A stretch of 64,000 nucleotides of DNA. It comes from Phoronis australis. Its lineage: Eukaryota; Animalia; Phoronida. The notes beneath the pieces were generated by a model that was given only the letters and a program-made list of their open reading frames with translations, was not told where the DNA came from and did not search any database. Both the position numbers and the translations under genes were made by a program. This document shows positions 1-14,136 of the stretch, one piece after another. The first letter of the stretch is position 1. Every line of letters starts with the position of its first letter. The stretch covers positions 664,252 through 728,251 of the forward strand of contig NMRA01000067.1 in NCBI GenBank assembly GCA_002633005.1, written 5' to 3'.

Positions 1-62
1 CGATTGCAAAAAATATCTAGACAAGAATAAATAATTTGTGAAACACGGCAACACATTGATTA

Positions 63-182
63 ATCACAATTACGGGTGTGGAGTTTAAGCAGATACCCAT
101 GTCTTATTGACATAAATGAAACATCACAACTACGGGTGTGGAGTTTAAGCAGATACCCATGTCTTATTGACATAAATGAAAC
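63..182. repeat. Tandem duplication, 2 x 60 bp
   Basis: The unit ATCACAA(T/C)TACGGGTGTGGAGTTTAAGCAGATACCCATGTCTTATTGACATAAATGAAAC occurs twice with 1 mismatch. It explains the repetitive ORFs 60..245 and 76..288. Confidence 0.95.
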
Positions 183-1511
183 GAAGGAAATTTCAAACTT
201 AAAACTGACTACGACCAGACTTAAAAATTTCATCAACACAGACAAGCTACCTTCATTTCAAAACCATCCCTTCCTCTGTAACTATTGAAGCTCATATGAT
301 GGCAAGAAGGTCAGTGCTTCTCATTAGAATGTGTTGGTCAAATCACACACACATTGTCCACCAAGCTGACCTCATTACCCCCAAGTTAAGTGCTTCTGGA
401 CACAGGCACTGGTCAGTGGTTGGTCAATATTATGTTGATTTCTAATTACTATCTCCCGCCCCTATTCATTAACACCGATTAGTTCAATAGAGCCTGATTG
501 ATCCTAAATAGTTACCCACCAACTTAAATAGCGAATGTGTTGATGTAATTTCATAAAGACATTAAAATAATTTGACCAGGTAATCACTCGTATTGGTGAG
601 GGTGATTACCAGATACCTATTAACAAATGCATGTATTGGGTTTGGCAAATCATACCGCTGGAATACCGTAACTTTGTAACCATAATTGGCAGGTAAAGAG
701 CAAGTATCGATTGACAGCCCGGGTGAAAACATGAAACTTGCAAAACAGTATCAGTCAGACAAAAAAGCTGTTGCAACTGCAAACCCCTGTCTACAGACAA
801 TCTCAAGAGTCTTGACAAATTTTTCTGGACTGAGAGACAACCCCTTCCCTCTCTTCTATCCTTGCACGTAGTATGCTATAATCTCATCAGTTAAGGCACA
901 AGATGGCCGTGAAATTTCACTTTTAGCATTTTTTCATAAAAGATAAGAAGCGTCAGAAAAATGCTTCATCATATCAAATTTTATACCATAGTTTCAGACA
1001 ATGTTTAAGAGCACTTGTGATCATTCACAGCCATGTTAGAAGTCTTTGAAAGTGAAGAAAGTCAATTTTGACATCAATTTTGGTCTGCAATTAGTGAGAC
1101 TTTTACCATACCCTCAGTTAATCGTTGGCTGAAGGACTGACTTGTGCCTTTCACCTGAAAACTTGCAACAAATAAAATGCAACAAATTGAAAATGCATTT
1201 GTTTTTCTAGTAGTGAGCAGCAGACATGTGAAATGTCTTCTGAAAATGCATACAATTGTCAAGAGGAAAGCTGTGCCTGGGTATTAACCATAATACCATC
1301 TGAGACTGTCATGTCTGTGGCAGGAAACTAATTGCAGACAAGTCAATGAAGTCAACTCAAGATGTCTCTCCATGTCAATGTCAACAACCACTTGAATCCT
1401 CTGCCTTCCATGACCAGTTATCTAATTCATCCAATGACACAAAGTTTCAGCTAATCACTCACAGCAGTCATTTACTGACAACACTGGGCACACCAAGCGG
1501 AGTGAAGTTAT

Positions 1512-2231
1512 CTATGGAAAGCCAAACCCGTCAAATTCTAGGACATAAATTTTCTATAGAAGAATTAAAACCAGGCCAAAACATTAATTTTACTCTGCAT
1601 GATCAACAGAAAAAGAACTTAAAAAACAGAATTTTCACTTACCCCAGAATTAAAAACAGTTCAAAACATTATTTTCACTCCATGAGACTAAAAAAGAACA
1701 ACTCAAGAACAAATTTAAATTTATTAGGTCAAGACCCAAAATTTGCAACGTCAGGACTTATAACTGATCACCTCAGGACTGATGTTTTATGATGTCAGGA
1801 CCGAAAATTTAACACGTCACCACCAAAACATGCCAAGAAAATTTCACACCCAGAGACCACTTGAGCATCCACAAGCACATGACCCCTCAAAAAGATAACG
1901 TCGGTACTTCATACACAAGGGCTAAGTGTTCTACAACGTCTCTTCGACGTGTCACACTACAGTTACGATGAGGTTGAATTTCTGCTGCATCTTCCATGTT
2001 CTACAATAGAAACCAATGTACACTTGGACACACTAGTCTCAACTAATCGCGTCTCCGGCTCTCGGTTCTGGCGTGATTACTTTTTGTTAAGTTTTGATCC
2101 TGACATGGTATATAGGTCCTGGTATGATCAATTCTGGTTCCGAGAACTTTTTTTGGTTTGGTCCTGTAGAGATTTTAATTTTTGAATAGAAAATTTGTGT
2201 CCTGATTTTTTTCCGCTTTGGCTTTCCATAG
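1512..2231. mobile_element. Non-autonomous TIR DNA element (~720 bp), superfamily unassigned
   Basis: Perfect 15-bp TIR CTATGGAAAGCCAAA / TTTGGCTTTCCATAG, extending imperfectly for ~60 bp. TCAGGAC sub-repeats recur at 22-bp spacing (1751, 1773, 1795) with related inverted copies near 2095-2205. No clean TSD (TTAT vs CTAT). Confidence 0.75.
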
Positions 2232-5200
2232 CTATCTGTGGTCATAAAACTATTTACAATGTCCATGAACATATTGTTAAGTAAACCCTGAATGTGAGTG
2301 GTCATACAATATTGAATAAAGCTGAATAATACAAACCTGTCAGTCTGGAAAATACAAGTTCATCAATAAAAAAAAATTCTCAACACTTGAAAATAACATT
2401 TCCAGTATTAGGAGGCAGATGATTGTGAAACAACAGAATAATTCTAAATGGGTTTAAAGGATGTCCATTCTTTAGCAATGTTGTGAAATTTCCCACTACA
2501 GTGTAAAAATATGTTTGGTCACACACGTTTAAGAGAAAGTCTAGGCACCTATCAACAATGGTTGTTTATCTTCTAGCATTCACTATTTTGTCAAGTACCT
2601 GAGAGACATGACTCTGACTGGACAAAGTTGAACATTATACTGCTGTACAAACAATAGTGAGAACATCACTCAATAGTCAAAGAACATGAAACAGCAGGGT
2701 ATGGTCCAAACTGGGTTGTCTCTTTCGCATTGTGCAATGGACAACTGTCCAGCAACCCATATGTTTGGCCACTGTCAGACCCCTGGTGAAGATCCCGGGG
2801 ATGCTGAGCAAGTTTCATAGGCCAGTTAACTCCCAAGAAGATGGGTATTGTGGACCTAAGGCACACCATCACTGTTGTCACAGTGAAGTAGAACCAAGGC
2901 TAACAAAGGCTAACAATAGGTACACACCTCAGACATTTACCCTGTAAAAACACTGCCAGTATCAGATCAATGGATAATTGATGTAATACAAAATACCTTA
3001 TTGACTAGCTTGTTGACATTACATAATGACAGTTAACTGTGAGATGAGTGGCAGTTATTGTCTGTGCAGGGTAATTATTGGTGGAAAAATACCAACAGCA
3101 GGTTTATGTCAACTGAGACCAGTTCACAGACAGGATACCTACAGGCTACGCACCAATCAGAACCCAGCATGGGTTTCAGAACATGGTCACTTACTTCCAA
3201 GAATTGTGTCTGTCACTAGCACATCAGATTACACAGAACAATGCCAAGAGATAACAGCAGTGTCCCCATGCATTACAGCAGAGTGCTGAACAATTACAAA
3301 AAAACGCCCACCCAACCGCTGCCAACAGGAGAGCACTAAGATTGAAGACATCACTTCAGTAAGACACCTCACAGGCAGCTAAAGTGCCACGGAGAATTGA
3401 ACCTTGAACCTGTTGACGTGATTTTTACAAATGAAAGACGGATGAAAGACGACTAAAAGTCAATATTATTCAATTCTTTCTGCATTGCTATGGTAACGTG
3501 AAAACCTACAGCGACAATAACTATGTTAAATCAGTTCTACAATCCCTAGTATCCAACAGAAACCATTGAATTATTAATTCAGTACATGTCCGCGAACATG
3601 TATTGTGTGTAACACAATCAACTGGTCAGTTAAACAGAGGTATCAGGGGATACTTCATCAATCCCTTAACACTTCCTCACAATTCTTCAACAGAGACACA
3701 CAGGAGCCATAGTCGGAACTAGAAACCCTGAATAATAAATAGGAGAATTAAATAACATTCAGGGAGAGGCTTTCAGGGCCTGGAATCATTTCCTTGTGTC
3801 AGGCTAGCATGCAGTAATCAATAGTACAATGCAAACAACTAACAAGTAGTTATGTAATTGTAATGTATTGAGATTCTTGATGGCTATGGGTTAATGTCCA
3901 CCAAAAAGGAGACTAACAGTTTGCAAAGAACAGGCAGTAGTTTAATGTTTTTTAATTTATGAAAATGAGCAGTTGTTTAATTTAATAGCTGTCCTAATTA
4001 ACTGTAGACAAAAAGCCAAAACATGCCTTAGTCACAGGATCACAGATTAATGACCATTCTATCATCATAACCGCTTCAGTCACCATCGATTATCCAGACA
4101 TACATCAATTATCTGGAGATCCATCAATTACCTGGAAATACGTCAAGTGAAATATTTACCTGGACACAGACAAACTACCTGGCCAATCTATCAGTCTTCA
4201 CTTTGCAGTCTGCAGCGAGAGACTGCGGAACGGTTCACCGTCAAACCCCTAACGCACTTCAACTGAACTCAACAACTTTAGTTATTCTCAGCCCATTCAC
4301 ACCAACAACGCACCTGTATAAATTATGATCAAATAGAATAACACTCCACCACACACACTGCCTATCATAGCCAACACTAATTTGTTTATATTTTCCTGCC
4401 AAGTGTCAGGCCAACATAAAGCTGATGATTTGAGTACACAAATTCGAGAATCTCTAAAACCGAACACCTTTCATAGAATAAGGCCAAGTGTCATTCAACC
4501 TGACTTGGTTGTTCAATTAAGCCAATGTAGGCCTAGTCACAGTTCTTGAGAAACTTGAGAAACAATGGCCTTAGAAAAAACAAACTGTTACATTTATAGC
4601 AGCTGAAATAATTTACTACACAGATATTACCCAATGGGGAGACAAATGTAAATTTGGTTTTTAAAAAATTGTCAATCAAAAGCATTTCAGCGACTTGAGA
4701 AGAATGCAGTGGCCTACACCAATATCACATATATATTGACATCCTTATTCAAATAAGCTTTTCAAAGGTACAGCCTCTTTTACATGTTGAATTCTGTAGT
4801 GTGTTAAGCCTCACTAAAACCAAATTGTCTTATAGGTGAGTGCTGAATCGCTGTGACAAGACCAGGAAAATCAATCGAATCTCAGCTGGATAAATTTACG
4901 AGCAAGAGAAGACACAGAAATGAGGCCCACTTACAAAAAGCTTAAATAATCACTTGGCACTGCTCTTGCTGTCCAGTATTACTAATGTCAGTTTTTTCAC
5001 TGGTATTGGGCTTACGAAGTAAATGAACAAACAGCTGGATATGAGGACTACAAACATTACCAGGCAAAACAAATTTAAAGAAGCTGCACTGCCCTTTAAA
5101 AACAGCCTGTGCAGAAACGTGCAGTTCTGAAGTCCGCCACAAGATGTCATGCATGAATACTTGGACAGAGTTGGTGGTAGGTGGAAAAGCCTCTTGCTGT

Positions 5201-8200
5201 CAGACTATCACATGCCAGTGTTGCCTGAGGACACTCATGAATGTGATATTTAGAAAGCTTATCAACACTTAGCAAATTGTTAATAAAACTTGCAGGCATG
5301 ATAAGATTAATAATTGAACTTGTTAGTAGACACCTGAGGAGTTGATTTATCTACTGGGTTAGAAAGGAAGATAGCCCAGAATGTATCTGCAGGGTAAAAT
5401 GACCAGTGGTCAGTAAATCATATTTGGCCTAAAGTAGCAAGATCTTGCGGCTTTTTGTTGGACTGACTGGCCTTCAGCCCTTCGAGATAGAAAGATTTTG
5501 ACCCCATGATAGTCATTGTTAGTTTAGAGTGGTCTTTTAATACAGCACACTAGCTGTTTAAGAAAAGGTGATATACTGACCTTTCATTCAAGGGAAAAAC
5601 ATTTTCCTTAAAAAGCATAAAAGCATCTTCAAAATGATTTTAGTCAGCATCAACATCACATCATTTTAAATTTCCAAATATTCACTCATTAACTTTCAAA
5701 ATCATTGGGAAACCAAAATTTTATTTAAATCTTTGAGAAAAAGTCCCCTAACAGCTGGTCAAGTTGATCAACCAATGAATCGCAGGTTTCTCATTGTTGG
5801 TTCCCCCATTTCATGAACACTAAAAACCATTAATCATGCATTCAACGCATAGGCAACTTAAAACTGACCAAACAAAAATGGACCCAAACAGATCTAGCAA
5901 ACACGGGGGATATAGAAGCATCACAGGGAACTGGTTCAAACTGATAGTCACAAACGACGGCCTTTTCTTATGTAGTGTCCACACCATAGAGGTTATAATT
6001 TTTAAACTTGGTTTAAAATTGGTTTAAAAGGTTTTAACTGTAGTGCAGTCATAAATCTACCATAGTGGTTTATTGAGCAGTTGAGGGTGATTTCAGTTTG
6101 GAGTGAAGGCTCCATACAGAGTGAATGGCCAGTACAGTTCAATCCCAAATTTTATCACCTATTATGTGGGGACAGACTAGTATTAACTAAAACTAGTGGA
6201 GTTGCATGGCTCAGCATGAATGGTAGTGATTACACAAAGATTATTGCAGTGAAAAATGTTACTGTAATCCACCCTCAAGTTGGTGTGAGCACAACTTGGG
6301 TCCCTGGGTTGAATATTAGACAAAGGAAATTGACAGGTACACCAAACATTGATGATGACATCTGGGAGTCCTTTAGAACATGAGTACTAAAAGCACACCG
6401 GTTGAACTAGACCGTTCAATAATGCCAGTTTTGAAACTTAGGCAAGATCCCGCCAACGATGCTGAAAGAGTTTGTATTTCTGGTTGTCACTCCAAAGCCA
6501 GCTGCTCCAAAGATTTTATTTTGAAGCATCTGTCCCACCTTTTTGGTGATCAAATGACATGAAATGTTGCCATCAAGTACAAATATGAGAGAAATAATGG
6601 CCCAAAGTAACGGCACTTCGGAGTGAAGACCTTTCAGAGTAAAGGCCCTTCGGAGAAAATGCCTAGACCCCTTCACTCACCAATTTAACTTCTATTTAGT
6701 TTTGTTTCCACATGCTGTAATTTCTTGTTGCATCTCATAAATGACAATTGCCCTATTGAATAGTTCAGCTCTCTGAGTCGAAGGTTAAACACTAGTCAGA
6801 AAATGGATGCATGAGCCTAGTTAGTAATTAAAGGCGGATACTGAGACAGAAAATGTTAACCTGGTGCAGTTCCATTAAACATTAAAACCCAGCATGCATA
6901 AACCTATAAATGTACAAACCAGAGTATACAAGTAGTCATCAGCCACAAAGGTGGGCCTCCTTGCATTAAGCACAAAGCAGTGTGACTGAGATCTCACCAT
7001 GCTTCATCAGACACCAGTTGTCAGCAATACATTTCAATTAAAGAAGTGGACAGACCGGCACCACACAAATCACAACACACATACAATCAACTAGAACAAG
7101 TCAATCATGTCACTAGAATCTGGGTTAATCCAACTTTTTAATCACCAATGGAAAAAACTTGGGAGACAATAAATACCAAATAACCCCTCTTAATCTATCA
7201 TTGTGAGATCAGCTATGCTCTTGCCATATCATCCAGGCCACAAAAGGCTGCCCAGGAAATGCATAGTTTAGATTACCAGTATTTACAACTGAGAGGCAAT
7301 TATAAGACTGCCTCCACAGTACAGTTTACTCAGCCCAGGTAGGGAAGCCTTGGCAATCAGTCAGTCAACAGAGGCACAGATGGAGCTGAAGAGTTGGAAG
7401 TGCATTAAAAGTGCCGTGATTAGACAAATATGCTTACTATAATATGTTCATGTCAAGATTACATTGTTGGGATTACGGTTAAGCTTATAATAGGTTTTAC
7501 TTCAAAATTTTCCAATACAAGGACCGACAAAATAAACACTAATTAACATTAATTAACAGTTGAAGGAAAAAATATCAAAGTAAATATCACTCTTTTACCA
7601 CCCGCACTTTTATTTTTGGGGTAATTTTTTAAATTTTTTATTTGAAATTGCAAATAACCAGATCCCAGCGCTGGTACTACACTAAATGCCAATCAAAATG
7701 AGATTTATAGAAGTCATTGCCTCCATTCTTATTTTGAAAACTGGACATGTAAGATGTGGCAGATTTAATAAGTTCATGCTTTCCTTTCTAATTCCGTCAA
7801 CTATTATGCAAAAAATTGTGTGAAGCCAAACTCAAGTTCGCCTGACATCAGTTTGCATAGAGGTCACCGACTTTAAGGATGTAATATAATCCTGTCAATT
7901 CATACTGTGCTAACATATTGAAATAATTTTAGTCAAGTCCTTGATTCAGTCTTCTCATTGTTCAAACTTTTGTACCAAGTTAAATTTAGACCGGTGTAAA
8001 TCACTTTCTGAACTAAAATTTTTGTCATCACGATGTTCAGTCCATTGTCCAACTCCTTAGCGCTGAAGTAATTTCAATGAACTTCAGAACAAGAATCAAC
8101 TGCTTCTACTTCAACAATGAAATCTGTATTCAGTAGGGAAGACAACAGAATTTGTCATCAATGACGAGTAAAACACACACCAATGATGAATGAATACACA

Positions 8201-8490
8201 GACTCCAATCACTAATCCATTGCAGTAATTTAGCATTACTTAATACTAAACAATTATGTCTGCAGACAAAGACAAATAGAGAAAGAAAGTCATGGGTAAT
8301 TACACCAGTGGACTGGAGCCAGGAACAATCAAGTCAACCAACAGGGGTCATTACTGTCATTCCCATGTGAAAATTAGGGGAAATAATCCCTCGCACTTTT
8401 AAACAAATTTTATTAAAAATAGTTTTCATTGAGACCCGAATTTGCTGGGATTCTGAACGCCACCAAATTTCACTGGATTAATATTGGGCT

Positions 8491-8869
8491 GGGGGGGGGG
8501 GTTACTCATACTATATGGCTTGTCGATACAATTAAAATATTCCGAGAGTAATCTGTATCATGCAAGCAATGAAGCTGGCACATGCATTGACTGCACTAGT
8601 TCTGTAGTGTCAGTGTCTGCCAATAGGGGCATCTTTGTCCAATTCATGAACACTCCGGGGACACTACTGTTCATGGAATATTAATCCTGTGTATTTTTTC
8701 ATGGGATATTTTTGGAATTTGAATACACATGGGAATGTGAGACAGACTAAAGACTATGCAAAATAATTACAGAAATTCACAAATTACCGTCAAAGTTGAA
8801 ATTTCCTATCAAGTAAAAAAAATCACTATTCTATATCTACTGACAGTATGTAAATGGACCCCCCTTCCC
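8491..8869. mobile_element. Possible decayed TIR element with G-run/C-run termini
   Basis: Starts G11-TTACTCATACT and ends CAGTATGTAAATGGACCCCCC, a weak inverted match. Same end style as the 52007-52739 element. Confidence 0.3.
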
Positions 8870-10032
8870 TGCATGACGGAGGTCTCCCACTGTCCACTCA
8901 CACATTCGCATCGAGAAGTCAAGGGAAGTGAAACTCATATTCATGTTGCATGTCTTATAAAAAGATTATTGATCAAAAGTTCTAAAGGCAAAGATAAAAC
9001 GGAACACATACTACACCTAGCTCCATCAATAAATCAAAAATTTCTTGGCAATATCATTTTGAAAAGCAAGGTTTGGAATAAGTTCACAAGCTGAAATTTT
9101 AGGTTTGTTTTCAGAAAGCAAAACATGCTGATTATTTCTAGATGATCATTTGCAGAAATTATGAACAAGACTTGGAAATCAACATACGAAACAATATATT
9201 CAATCAGAGACTAGTGTCGATGTTGGGTACTGGCCAATAATCCAAATGGTGCCGGATTTTGAGATCCAACTTCATGCCTGTTATTCAGGGGATAAAACAA
9301 ATTCTCAAAATGCGGAACCTCAGCAAATGAATAAATATCTGTAAAGAATACAGAACATCAACATCGATTTCATTTCATGACACAAGTTCACTGTAGATTA
9401 AAGTGTAGGGGAAGTACCTGAATGACAAAGGAATTAAAGCTACATTTTGTCCTGTTTAACTGGCTGAAACTATGAAAACTGAATGTGGCTTTTTACTCTC
9501 TTAAAATCGTCTCATAATGTTCCTTACCAATGACAAAATTCTACTTGCATTACCGAAATAATCAGTGATGAATGATACAAATTTTATAACAATAAAGGAC
9601 CAAATTCGATTTTCAAATAACTGGACAAAATGCAGATGAAATTTAAATGTCTTCTAAACCAATCAAATCACACTTGCAGGTTTGCTCAACTGCGCAGAGG
9701 AAATGTTACAAAATCACCATCTAGCTACGTAACGTCGCATAAGGGCTCTAGACTTGCAGGTTGAATACCAGCATAAGACCTCCATATTTCAGGCAAATTC
9801 CTGTAGCGCAGTGCCAGGTAAGCACCATGACGTCAAGGGAAGTGAGACAAAAATCCACCTTGCTTCTTACCTTGCAAAAGGTCTATTGGTGTTCCTCTAT
9901 TCCAAACACTACAAGTACATTCAACCTCTGAGATTCCAGGAACAACACTCACAAACGAGCAAAACACACACAACAAGAAAATTCAAATGAAAGGATCAGA
10001 TCCCAAAATGTCAGCACCGTATTTCTACTTAC

Positions 10033-10110
10033 AGCTCTTCAAAAATCTGACAGTCCAAGGCTCCATTGACCACAACCTGACCACTGTCCAGTACAAATCC
10101 TGAATGGAGG
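10033..10110 (-). other. Candidate 78-nt exon
   Basis: tttgttgtgtcag|...GAGCT|gtaagt. Length is 3n and two of three frames are open (phase 2: LHSGFVLDSGQVVVNGALDCQIFEE). No homology recognised. Confidence 0.2.
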
Positions 10111-12976
10111 CTGACACAACAAACCCCACAATACAGGCACCAATAAAAACACAGCACCTATTGAAACCATTCACAGCCAATTTCAAGGACCAATGGTCTG
10201 TTGCTTGAATTGTGCTAGTGCAATAGCTGTGGACAGGCAAGATTATGCAACCAGTTTCACCCTTGAATGACCAATTACACTTCACTAACTAGGGTATTGG
10301 TTGATGGTGAAGCAAGCACTTTGTCAGGGGACAGAATAGGGATACAGGAGAGCCTGCATGACTGGCTGAAGGAATGAAGGTTTATGAATGAACACCTCTG
10401 TTCCACTAACCAGCCTGTTTAAATCAGTTAAAACACATGACTGATCAAAGGCAGTCATTGATATATATACCTATTGAGGAATCTTCAACACAACTCTTAA
10501 TTAACAGTCAATGTATGGTCGACTGTTGCACTGTCAAAACCATTACATCAGTGGTGTAACCTAATAAAAACAAAGCAACTGTGTTAACATGTTGAACAGA
10601 GCAGGACTCAGTGGGAACACCATGGTATAGAAAAAATACTCGGACAACAACTGAGTATCAGAGATATCAGCAGGAGGTGTACTGAAGGAGCGAGTCTGAT
10701 AATTTACTAGATATAATGAATGTACTTTCTCAGGTCTCGTGAAAATCATCCTCTTCAAACCAAAATAAAAAAGTTTGAGACAATCATTAACATTAAGTCA
10801 CCGTATTAAAACCAATAATAAATGGTTTAACCACAAAACATGAAACAAAATAATGCTTATCAAAGATATTGTTGCATGGAGCTTTAGAATGAAATATACA
10901 TTAGATCTTGATTTTATATTTACTACACCACTACTCAGAACAAAATCAAAATAATCTTAAGTGAATTAAAACAAGTATAAACAAATCACCATTGAAGGAC
11001 ATATGACGGTCACTGTAATGTGTTGACAGAAATGCCCACTGTTGGCCATCTGTGGAACTACACTATACTCTCCAAAACAATAGATAAATTAACAGGTTTT
11101 TATGAGCTGAAAACATAAATCTGTAGCAAGAACTTAACCTTACCTACAGACCCTTTACACAAGGCACACTTATCTTGTATGTCCTCAAGCCCAGGACAAA
11201 AGGCTCAGTTTGTCCTCATTACATAACCTGACTGATAACAGCTCAGTTACCACCAAACTGACAGTGCTGCAGTTAACATCTCATTAACACCTCCCCATAC
11301 ACCTTTACTAACCACAACAAGTGAAAACAGTTAACAAACACACACCAATTGCCAGTGACCTTATCTTGAACTTAACTGACCACATCCATGCACACATACA
11401 TGTTCAGGCCTTCTCTTACAAGTTAACTTTGAGGTCGATGCAAAGTACGAAGTTGATTTGAATTGTCCCAACAGTGGTGACACTTGAGTTTAGCTGGCTG
11501 AAAAACGGAAATCTAATAAGGCCTTGTACTCTCATTAAATTGGTCTCGTAATATTGTTTACTGGGATAGGATTCTATTTTGCTCATCAACTCAAGTCACA
11601 GGCAATTCAGACATGCGCCATTTTTCAATTTGCAATTTTAGGATAGGGCCACCCCAATAAAATTGGAAAGCTGATGGTTTATTAGCAGAGTATTGGGACC
11701 CTATCAAGGAGCATTATAAGACACTGATTCAATGTAGTAAAAAGACAACTTATTGTTTGTTGCAGCTAAACAGGGCAAGGGCAAAGTAGAGCTTTAACCA
11801 ACGTCAAAGTTACGTTAAAATCTTACCAATTTAGGACACACCATGGCCGACAAGTGAAGTTTTCTTTTACCATTTTCCATGCAACACATGCTGTGCCAAA
11901 TTAAACACTTTTCCACGCTCAAAATTTGTACCGCAGCTAGCAGCAGACGTTTGGAAAAATTGTGGGCACAGACAACACTGTTAGAAGCTCTCGAAAATGT
12001 AACAAAGGGTATTTTGGCAATTATATTTTGTTTGAATTTGGTTAGACTATTATATCACAAGGTTATGCTGGGGTCAGTAAAGCAATATCACAAGGTGAAA
12101 CAATGAAACATTAAGCATGTCATTACGTTGAAGCTTTGCTGTTAAATTCATCTTCTGTGAAGTTAACTGGCAATTTTTACTTCAATCGAAAACAAATAAG
12201 ATAATCTTTCACACAGACCAACACAGCCCCAAAACACTGATGTGTTGAGTTGGTGGCAGGTCTCTCAGTGAATCCAAGTTGGTGAGAATAACATATTTGT
12301 GTCTGTGCTGAGAACATCAAATCTATTAGGGACTGAAACACAACAAATTGTCCAGCGATGAAATCACATCAAATCGCTGGCTAATAAGCTACATTGCTAT
12401 TTAAAAATAACTTGAAATTTATCTTAAAATATCCCATGCATCGCTTCTAGTGCACTGCTGTAATGCGCGGCTGTAACACACGGCGATATCTCGTAAGGTG
12501 ATCTTATGTTTTCATGATATTCTCATGGCTACGATATACACACCTGCACTCACTGGTAGAATTTAATTTGAAATATCAACATAGCAGGCCTGTGGACAAA
12601 CTACTCTTCGACCCGGAACACCGACAAGTAGAACACGTTTTGGGTGAGTTTGGATAGATCACACAAACCACACAAACCGTAATATGAGTGATAGCGACTG
12701 TTCCAAGAATATCCTCATATCATGTCAGCCGTCAGCGCAAACTAGCAACATTTGTTGATGCTCAAGTGTTTGCTTAGTGGGACAGGAATGTAGAATTATT
12801 GGAGAAAGTTCAAAGTTTCCATTCCCAAGTCATGACTTGTTTCCACAAGTGCCTCACAATTCCTTGCCTCCATCTGGTTCACTTCACTCTGTCAATACCA
12901 TGCCAACAAGAATAGTCATCCAACATAAACATTTCCTCAAGGATCCTTCTGTCCCAGTTTTAATGCACCTCATTAA

Positions 12977-13200
12977 AGGTGTGTTCAGATCAACTAAATG
13001 TGGGTGTAAAAAAATCCTCAAATTTGATAAAAAGTAATTACGAAAATCATCATTTTTTCAACTTTCAAAAGCTGACTGTTTTGTTAAAAATGCTCAAAAT
13101 TCCTTATGTATTTGTTAATGACAGTTGTAAAGTACGAAATTTGGAAATGATGTAGGCAAAGTTTTCTCTCTGTTTACTTTTCTTGAAAATTTTGACAAAA
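12977..13200 (+). mobile_element. Fragment of a dispersed repeat with a TTAA|AGG end (Kolobok-like non-autonomous family)
   Basis: Begins TTAA|AGGTGTGTTCAG. The internal block AAAGTAATTACGAAAATCATCATTTTTTCAACTTTCAAAAGCTGA resembles blocks at ~17035, ~25560, and inverted at ~21670, ~25960 and ~34985. Confidence 0.45.
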
Positions 13201-13884
13201 TAACTTTCTCTGTTCCCTCAATTGTGTTCGAAACTGAAGAAGCATTACACTATGATTCACACCACAGTTTAGACTGTTATAATCCTAGTTCCTGCTTTTA
13301 GTCAGTCCAGTGGTCAGCACTATGCGTTCCGATTCAACCCAGTTAGTACCTCCATGTGCCATTGTTTCCAAAGAGATTTGACAACAGCGCCACCTTGAGT
13401 TATAACTTTTGCCTCTGTTCACACTGAGTTAAACAGTCATAACCACTTGCTAATCCATCCTAACAGAGTAAGTTATAACGCTACAGTTACAGAAAACGGG
13501 ATTTTAAGTGTTCAGACAATAGTTATAACCTTGAAATCGGTTTTAAAACTCATAACCACTTTGTTCTGAACAGTAAATACAATATATTGAGTACAGTCAT
13601 CTGTTAGCACCCCCTGGGCTGTTGTCAGAGGACCTCAGTATTACCTAACAATTTGTTAGTCAGAGCAGTGACAGTGATGGACACACTTAAGTCAACACAA
13701 GGCCCCAGGGAGCATGGCCGTCTGACAGGGGGGCTAACTTACAAGTGTAATCAGGAGACTAAATATTGCAGAACAGTTCAGAATTACCGTTAGATGATTT
13801 AGAAACCTGCCTTGAGAGAGACAGTTGGTGTTTGAGGAGGCTATTTGTTAATGATGGCTGATGGCTAGTATGAAAAGAAAGCAT

Positions 13885-14136
13885 ACCAGCACAAACATGT
13901 GGCTGTAGGTATGCACAGTATACATTATGGTAAGAATAATCTAATAATGAAATACACTAATATCTAACCAGCACTAACATGTGGCTCTAGGTATGCACAG
14001 TATACATTATGGTAAGAATAATCTAATAATGAAATACACTAATATCTAACCAGCACTAACATGTGGCTCTAGGTATGCACAGTATACATTATGGTAAGAA
14101 TAATCTAATAATGAAATACACTAATATCTAACCAGC
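13885..14136. repeat. Tandem repeat, 3 x 82 bp
   Basis: The unit ACCAGCACTAACATGTGGCTCTAGGTATGCACAGTATACATTATGG...AATATCTA starts at 13885, 13967 and 14049. Copies are nearly identical with no spacers. Confidence 0.97.

Noticed and set aside
63-182. 60-bp direct repeat (also the 82-, 45- and 27-bp arrays) as a CRISPR-like array
   Set aside because: Units are contiguous with no unique spacers, there are no cas genes, and the context is eukaryotic.
1346-1792. 148-aa ORF
   Set aside because: It runs into the A-rich arm of the TIR element, has K/N-biased composition and no recognisable domain.
4950-5150. 66-aa ORF with a transmembrane-like segment
   Set aside because: Hydrophobic codons are expected on a T-rich strand, it stops before the nearest good donor, and I recognise no family.
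6681-6840. 160-nt segment with good minus-strand acceptor and GTGAGT donor
   Set aside because: Stops in all three frames. It could only be a UTR or pseudo-exon, with no further support.
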